From Octopus sinensis (taxonomy: Eukaryota), in assembly GCF_006345805.1 (NCBI RefSeq), contig NW_021826626.1, positions 1-12,363 of the forward strand: a stretch of DNA of 12,363 bases. The letters are read 5' to 3'. The position numbers were made by a program, and so were the translations under genes. Within the stretch, counting starts at the first letter, position 1; each line of letters starts with the position of its first letter. Shown piece by piece: positions 7,941 through 12,363 of this stretch. The notes below the pieces were generated by a model that saw only the letters and a program-made list of their open reading frames with translations, did no database searches and was not told where the DNA came from.

Positions 7941-8470
7941 TTAACACATACTCAGGGTAGATTCGTTCAGCCTCGCTAGTTTCGTCTGTATCCTCCGATT
8001 TTCGTTGAGCACCTTCTTCTCTACCTTCCTCTTCAAATGACACTGAAAGAAGCCGATGAGACCTTGACCAGAAAGAAAAATACTTGTCCTCAAATCTTTC
8101 TGAGAAGTCCACAACATCACTTCTTTTGCCATAGTCACCAAGGGGAGGAAATAAGCCTCCTTTGTCTGTCAAAGGAAGGTGGCACGTCGATTCTCACTAT
8201 AGACTCGAGTGAGGGTTGGATTTCACTCACACCTGACAGCTGGACCCAAACCCACAAGTCGCAAATGCTCGGCCATTGAATAATAGCATGCAGGACGGTT
8301 TCATCGACCCAGAAGCCTTTCGGACAGGTTCGGCTGCTGACACTTCTGTGCCTATAGAGCTTGTCTCGAACAGAGGCAATTCCTGTTCCTATAGCAGTGC
8401 TGTGGATGGCTCTTTGCAAGTTGTTCATAGTCTCTAACTTGAAAGGTCTCCAGAAAAGGTGGCTCAAACT
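7941..8470 (-). mobile_element. L1/Tx1-clade non-LTR retrotransposon, ORF2 C-terminus with degenerate zinc knuckle (zf-RVT), 5'-truncated
   Basis: ORFs 8135..8500 and 7941..8141 join through frameshifts: LFWRPF..MNNLQRA...(CYR)..SVRDKLYRH...TCPKG..DETVLHAIIQWPSI.DLW...ESIVRI..PPSF / LVTMAKEVMLWT...FLSGQGLIGFFQCHLKRKV...LSMC*. The C-x2-(C)...ETVLH-x4-(C) knuckle and AKEV.W motif are typical of Tx1/L1 ORF2 ends. Two knuckle cysteines are mutated. Confidence 0.82.
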
Positions 8471-8482
8471 CAGATTATTGTC

Positions 8483-8845
8483 AGCAGAACGGGGTGACAC
8501 TGCATAGTGCCAAAGATCCCAAAATTACCACCAAGACACCGGACAAGATACTGCAATAACTTTGGTTTCAAGGCCTCCAGCTCTTCAGTATCCTCCCCAA
8601 AAGCCAAGGAAATCTGCATAAGAGGATGCAGATGTCTTCAAAACAAAACTGAATCTCCTCTGGTTCTCTGGTCAAGAGTTCCAGATGAGCCTACCTCACG
8701 GCACGAAACGCGGATGAGGGTAGCAGTGTCAAAGATCCTCATTCACCAGATGTCACATATTCAGGAGAGGTTTCAAGAAGTAAAGGTGTAGCAAAGCTAA
8801 CGACGGTGTCCAGGAGGGTTGCAGTTCTCCAACTGAAACTAGTTA
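8483..8845 (+). mobile_element. CR1/Jockey-group LINE 3' end (ORF2 C-terminus plus short 3' UTR), 5'-truncated; exact clade uncertain
   Basis: Three-frame mosaic: RTG*HCIVPKIPKLPPRHRTRYCNNFGFK / GLQLFSILPKSQGNLH / DADVFKTKLNLL / SRVPDEPTSRHETRMRVAVSKILIHQ. This matches the common LINE C-terminus GP.LFN.LP...VFK.KLD..L..VPD.P...RAA.SNSL..Q. It ends near ctgaaactag. Confidence 0.78.
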
Positions 8846-8864
8846 GAGTTAAAGTGTATATATA

Positions 8865-9081
8865 CGATAGGACGATGAAAATTTCCTGGCTTTAAGGGTG
8901 TCATGAAAGGGCTGGTTGGAGGCCTAATCTTCTGAGTTCTTTCACAGGGATTAGAAAACCTGAAGGATCACTGCAGTGAGTGTATGAATCTTTGAGGGGA
9001 ATATGTTGAATAAAACCATAATTTACTGAACCTCTTGTACGTTCTTTTACGCAAAGCCAGGAACTTTCCAGTACCCTCTCG
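8865..9081 (+). mobile_element. Mariner-derived MITE, copy 1 (TIRs, TA flanks, transposase C-terminal remnant)
   Basis: Left ...tgaaaatttcctggcttt and right aaagccaggaactttcc...ctcg are inverted repeats, with TA on both sides (8863-8864, 9082-9083). The interior encodes GWLEA*SSEFF..GLENLKDHC.ECMNL*GEYVE*. Confidence 0.85.
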
Positions 9082-9138
9082 TATATATGTATGTGTATAT
9101 AAAATAACTCCTCTCTCTCTCTATATATATATATGTAC

Positions 9139-9169
<31 letters not shown>

Positions 9170-9245
9170 TGTATGTATGTATGTATGTATGTATGTATGC
9201 ATGTATGTATGTATGTATGTATATATATATACACTCGCACATATA
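9082..9245. repeat. (TA)n/(CT)n/(TATG)n microsatellite
   Basis: Directly visible. Confidence 0.95.
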
Positions 9246-9466
9246 CACGGGGGGGGGGCTGAAAATTTCCTGGCTTTAAGGCTCTCGAAAAAGGCCTGGT
9301 TGTAGTCCCAACCTTCTGGGTTCTTTTACAGGGCTTAGAAAAACTTAAGGACCGCTGCAATAAGAGTGTGAATCTGAGAGGGGAATATGTTGAATAAAAT
9401 CATAATTAACTGATTCCTCCTGTATATTCTTTTATCAAAAGCCAGGAACTTTTCAGCAGCCCCTCG
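9246..9466 (+). mobile_element. Mariner-derived MITE, copy 2
   Basis: TIRs ctgaaaatttcctggcttt / aaagccaggaacttttcag(cagcccctcg). The frame 9326-9397 reads LQGLEKLKDRCNKSVNLRGEYVE*, the canonical mariner C-terminus (L..RW.KC....GEY.E*). Homologous to 8865-9081. Confidence 0.88.
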
Positions 9467-9499
9467 TGTATAAATACACCTCTCTCTTTATTTCTATAA

Positions 9500-9632
9500 A
9501 CACACACACGCATGCACACACACACACACGCATGCACACACACACACGCATGCACACACACACACGCATGCACACACACACACACGCATGCACACACACA
9601 CACACACGCATGCACACACACACACACACACA
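9500..9632. repeat. Minisatellite of (CA)n-CGCATG units (6 copies, 18-22 bp)
   Basis: cgcatg recurs six times, separated by (CA)n runs of variable length. Confidence 0.93.
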
Positions 9633-9924
9633 GAGATTTATGTGTGTCAGTTTCTAAATTCAGTAACTTTGAAGATATCCTAAACGTCCGTAATTAACCA
9701 AAGCCTAAAATATTTTCGAAAGATGACAGTACAACCTTTGTGTATGGCACCACTCCTGGAAGAGTACATCAATTGTTCTGTGCTTGCGAAGCACACATAT
9801 ATACACATACATACACCTACACACATGCACATGAATATGTACGCACTCACACCTATACGCAATCATAATCCAGAGATAAATCTGAACTTGTATGAATATG
9901 TGTATGAATATATATATATATATA

Positions 9925-10048
9925 TCACGTTATCATGTGACCGACCAGGCTGCCAGCTGAGTGGACTGGAGCAACGTGAAATAAAGTGTCTTGCTCAAGG
10001 ACACGACGCGCCGCCGGGAATCGAACTCACAACCTAACTATCGTCACC
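9925..10048 (-). mobile_element. tRNA-derived SINE fragment (B-box plus GTGTCCTTGAGCAAGACAC core), internally deleted, lacking A-box
   Basis: The minus strand reads aggttgtgagttcgattcccggcggcgcgtcgtgtccttgagcaagacactttatttcacgttgctccagtccactcagctggca. B-box GAGTTCGATTCC at 10028->10017. A homologous fragment lies at about 11068-11112. Confidence 0.85.
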
Positions 10049-10254
10049 GGTCTGTCACAGGTGAGCTGCAAGATGCAGGAGGAAAGAGTGAGAGAAAGTT
10101 GTGGCGAAAGAGTCAGCAGAAGTTCGCCATTACCTTCTGCCGGAGCCGCGTGGAGCTTAGATGTTTCGCTCATAAGCACACACATTGCCCGATTCCAACC
10201 CACAATCCCTCGACTGCAAGTCCGCTGCTCTAACCACTAGGCCATGTGCCTCCA
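10049..10254 (-). mobile_element. tRNA-derived SINE with recognisable A- and B-boxes, 3'-truncated (possibly one of the octopus OR/OK-type families)
   Basis: The minus strand starts tggaggcacaTGGCCTAGTGGttagagcagcggacttgcagtcgagggattgtGGGTTGGAATC. A-box 10244->10234, B-box 10201->10191 (one mismatch to GGTTCGAATC). The body contains ggcagaaggtaatggcgaac, reminiscent of RTE-derived tails. Confidence 0.88.
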
Positions 10255-10752
10255 TAGGTTGCAGCTATGCTTCCTAGTTTCCTAGTTTCACCATTCAATC
10301 GTGAAGCATGTAAAAGTTAAAAAATTTTTTTCTTTATTGATGTAAATGCGTGTGTACATATGTCTCTGTGTCTGTATAATGTGTATAATGTGTTTGTTTG
10401 CTGAGTGGAAGGAAGAGAGACGGGAAGGGGGTGATCATTTACCGTGCGTTCGAGGCAGATAGGCGTTCATGTATGCGTGTGTATGTGGGTGACATATGAA
10501 GGAGAATTATTGTAGTTCACTCGGTGGGTTATGTGGGCGTGTTGTTGTTGGCTGTTTAGATTGTATAGAAACATTAGTTGTGTTATCTTTGGTTTTGTTT
10601 TGTTTCAGTTGTGTTATCTCCTGTGTTATCTGTTTTGTTTATGTGCCAAGCTGTGCTGTATACATTGACATCCACTCCTCACCCGCCAGTGATGCTTCTG
10701 TATATAGGAGTGCGTGGAAGCGCTCTAGTCGGACTGTGTGCCTTGACGGACA

Positions 10753-11135
10753 GTTGTTCTTGTTGCGGTTGCTTAGCCCCAGATCAAAGCTAAGCGAACA
10801 AACTAATGGTCATCGAAGTCGACCGATGAAGCCTTTCCATCCGTGACTACCCTTTCTTAGTTTCAGGTATAATACATCTAAGAAAACAGTATCAAATGTG
10901 TCTCTTCTTCTAAAAGAAGTATTATTTATGGGAGATTTGGTTACTATTTCTAGCAGGTCGAGCAACTCTGTTGAGACTCTCACAGCTCAGTGGAACATCC
11001 AGGAAGTTCCGCGGAGCCCAGGGTGGGAAAGCTGCAGCAGCGACCGGCTGGAACCCATTTTCAGCTGAGTAGAGTGTAGCAACGTGAAATAAATAAAGTG
11101 TCTTGCTCAAGGTAGCAATGCCTTGCCCGGTCCAG
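10753..11135 (-). mobile_element. SINE-like element, head missing, with (AAC)n-like tail
   Basis: 11068-11112 shares cagctgagt...gcaacgtgaaataaa(taaa)gtgtcttgctcaagg with 9954-10000. 10942-10970 shares gagattt.gtt.ctatttctagcaggtcg with the 5614-5939 units. The left end gttgttcttgttg is a degenerate (GTT)n. Treating it as one element is inference. Confidence 0.6.
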
Positions 11136-11143
11136 AAAACCAT

Positions 11144-11428
11144 TTCAAAGTATACAAGAACAGTAAAGAGAGTTGGTAGGATGGTGTAGTGACTAAAAGA
11201 ATTGGAAACATGATGTATTTGATAAAAGGCTAACGATGGGAGAATAAACGACACCTAAATCAATTAAAAATCAGACATATAGAAGAAAGGAAAGAAATTC
11301 CAATGGAAGTGGTTTACGACATGTTCGATGTCCCAGCACCGAAAGAGATTGAGCCCAGAAGGAGTAGTAACAGAAAATATAAACAGACTGAACATTTAAA
11401 AATAATTCCTAAGCACAAAATGTACTGA
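11144..11428 (+). pseudogene. Ty3/Gypsy pol remnant: integrase C-terminal region
   Basis: A single frame reads FKVYKNSKESW*DGVVTKRIGNMMYLIKG*RWENKRHLNQLKIRHIEERKEIPMEVVYDMFDVPAPKEIEPRRSSNRKYKQTEHLKIIPKHKMY*, with two internal stops (11177, 11231). W..G.V.KR.G..MY.I......KRH.NQL is the typical Gypsy integrase C-terminal motif, and it is followed by a PPT and TG. Confidence 0.85.
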
Positions 11429-11518
11429 ACTCCTCAGGGAAGCAAAATTTCAAAAAGAGAGATGTTGGAAAGAAAGAAAACAAAAAAAAAAATCATTTTC
11501 TACAGAAGTTGAAATCTC

Positions 11519-11610
11519 AAAAAGGGGAGATGTTGTGGCGAGAGTCACAACATCCTTTGCGAGAATAGACTTAACCGAAGGACTATAATATATATGTAAT
11601 AATTGTATGC
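11519..11610 (+). mobile_element. Gypsy polypurine tract (11519-11530) and start of 3' LTR (TGTTG at 11531)
   Basis: aaaaaggggaga (12 purines) is immediately followed by TGTTG, about 90 nt downstream of the integrase stop. The extent of the LTR is unknown. Confidence 0.75.
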
Positions 11611-11629
11611 ATATATATATATATATATG

Positions 11630-12363
11630 TAGCTACCAACAGACGGTATCCTCTACTGTCCACGACCTCATCTCGTCCTCCCGTCTCCCCCGCACCGCAT
11701 CCAACCTAATTGTGCGAACTCCACGTACCCCCACCATTTACTTCCTCCCCAAAATCCACAAACCCAACAACCCTGGCCGCCCCATCGTCTCCGCCTGTAA
11801 CTGCCCCACGAAGCTCATCTCTAAATACCTCGACCGTGTCCTTGCCCCCCCTAGTGGCATCTCTTCCCTCCCACATCCACGATACCAACCATGCTCTCCG
11901 GCTTTTCAACTCTTTCTCCTTTTCTCCCGGCTCCTCCAAAATCCTTTTTACTATGGACATCCAAAGCCTCTATACTGTTATCCCTCACCACGAAGGACTG
12001 CAGGCCCTTCGACACTTTCTTGACCTCCGCTCTAACCCTGTACCTGACACCTCCACACTCATTCGTCTGGCCGAACTTGTCCTTACTCTGAACTGCTTCT
12101 CGTTCGCGGGCGAGTTCTACCATCAGATCTCGGGAGTGGCCATGGAACGCGAATGGGCCCCAACTATGCGAACCTGTTCGTTGGCTATGTCGAGGCCCAA
12201 ATTCTCTAATTTCACTGGTCCCACTCCTGAACTATATGGTCGTTACATTGACGACATTATCGGTGCCACCTCACTCTCCTGCGAACATCTAGATTCCTTC
12301 CTCTCTTTCGTCCAATCTTTCCATCCAGCCCTCCACTTCACTTCCACTATCTCCAACACCTCT
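11630..12363 (+). mobile_element. Penelope-like element reverse transcriptase region, 5'-truncated, three frameshifts, runs off the window end
   Basis: TVSSTVHDLISSSRLPRTASNLIVRTPRTPTIYFLPKIHKPNNPGRPIVSACNCPTKLISKYLDRVLAP /+1 in C7 run 11845-11851/ LVASLPSHIHDTNHALRLFNSF...KILFTMDIQSLYTVIPHHEGLQALRHFL...LIRLAELVLTLNCFSFAGEFYHQISGVAM /-1 ~12145/ GTRMGPNYANLFVGYVEAQIL /shift ~12207/ NFTGPTPELYGRYIDDIIGATS... The YIDD is at 12244-12255. LPKIHK..PGRPIVS, D..SLY and G.AMG motifs are diagnostic of PLE RTs. No in-frame stops once the frameshifts are corrected. Confidence 0.95.

Noticed and set aside
7867-8172. Minus ORF with DYGKR, suggestive of an amidated neuropeptide precursor
   Set aside because: It is an alternative frame of the Tx1/L1 ORF2 C-terminus. 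There is no signal peptide and no repeated peptide units.
8681-8716. Hammerhead-like cagatgag-cc...gg-cacgaaac
   Set aside because: The core reads CAGAUGA rather than CUGAUGA, there is an extra 2-nt insertion before GAAA and no UH triplet with helices. It is simply the coding sequence VPDEPTSRHETR of the LINE.
9700-9800. Protein-like frame PKIFSKDDSTTFVYGTTPGR as a possible exon
   Set aside because: The acceptor is weak, I recognise no homology, and there are no supporting neighbouring exons.
10185-10254. Possible tRNA gene on the minus strand
   Set aside because: A- and B-boxes are present, but no acceptor stem closes the cloverleaf and the sequence continues into a SINE body. It is a SINE head.
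10496-11254. ORFs 10496..10846, 10578..10793 and 10922..11254
   Set aside because: They cross boundaries between unrelated repeat fragments, show no recognisable motifs, and owe their openness to GT-rich composition or to being antisense frames.
1-12363. CRISPR array, rRNA or prokaryotic operon structure
   Set aside because: There are no regularly spaced repeats with unique spacers and no rRNA signatures. The content is eukaryotic transposons and microsatellites.

Overview
AT-rich, microsatellite-saturated animal intergenic or intronic DNA. The SINE families and repeat landscape suggest an octopus/coleoid cephalopod genome (inference from pattern recognition, no database check). I find no intact host protein-coding gene. 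Most ORFs in the supplied track are translated microsatellites or antisense frames of transposon remnants. The window is a stack of decayed mobile elements: (1) the C-terminal GIY-YIG endonuclease region of a Penelope-like element (PLE) on the minus strand at 1-~700; (2) a mariner DD34D transposase pseudogene (minus, 2301-3075); (3) the 3' end of an L1/Tx1-clade LINE (minus, 7941-8470) joined back-to-back to (4) the 3' end of a CR1/Jockey-group LINE (plus, 8483-8845); (5) two mariner-derived MITEs; (6) several tRNA-derived SINEs; (7) a Gypsy integrase C-terminus with polypurine tract and LTR start (11144-11552); and (8) a younger PLE reverse-transcriptase region (YIDD, three frameshifts) running off the window end. 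Features that transposon annotation does not explain: a dense CRE/YY1/ETS motif cluster (1489-1647), a 106-bp near spacer-less palindrome right after the Tx1 stop codon, a 163-bp tandem duplication with clustered mismatches, a hammerhead-core-like motif near 4285, and a 22-bp TGTTG...CAACA GNRA hairpin right after the Gypsy polypurine tract. I did not find convincing evidence of a new multi-gene system; these are leads only.
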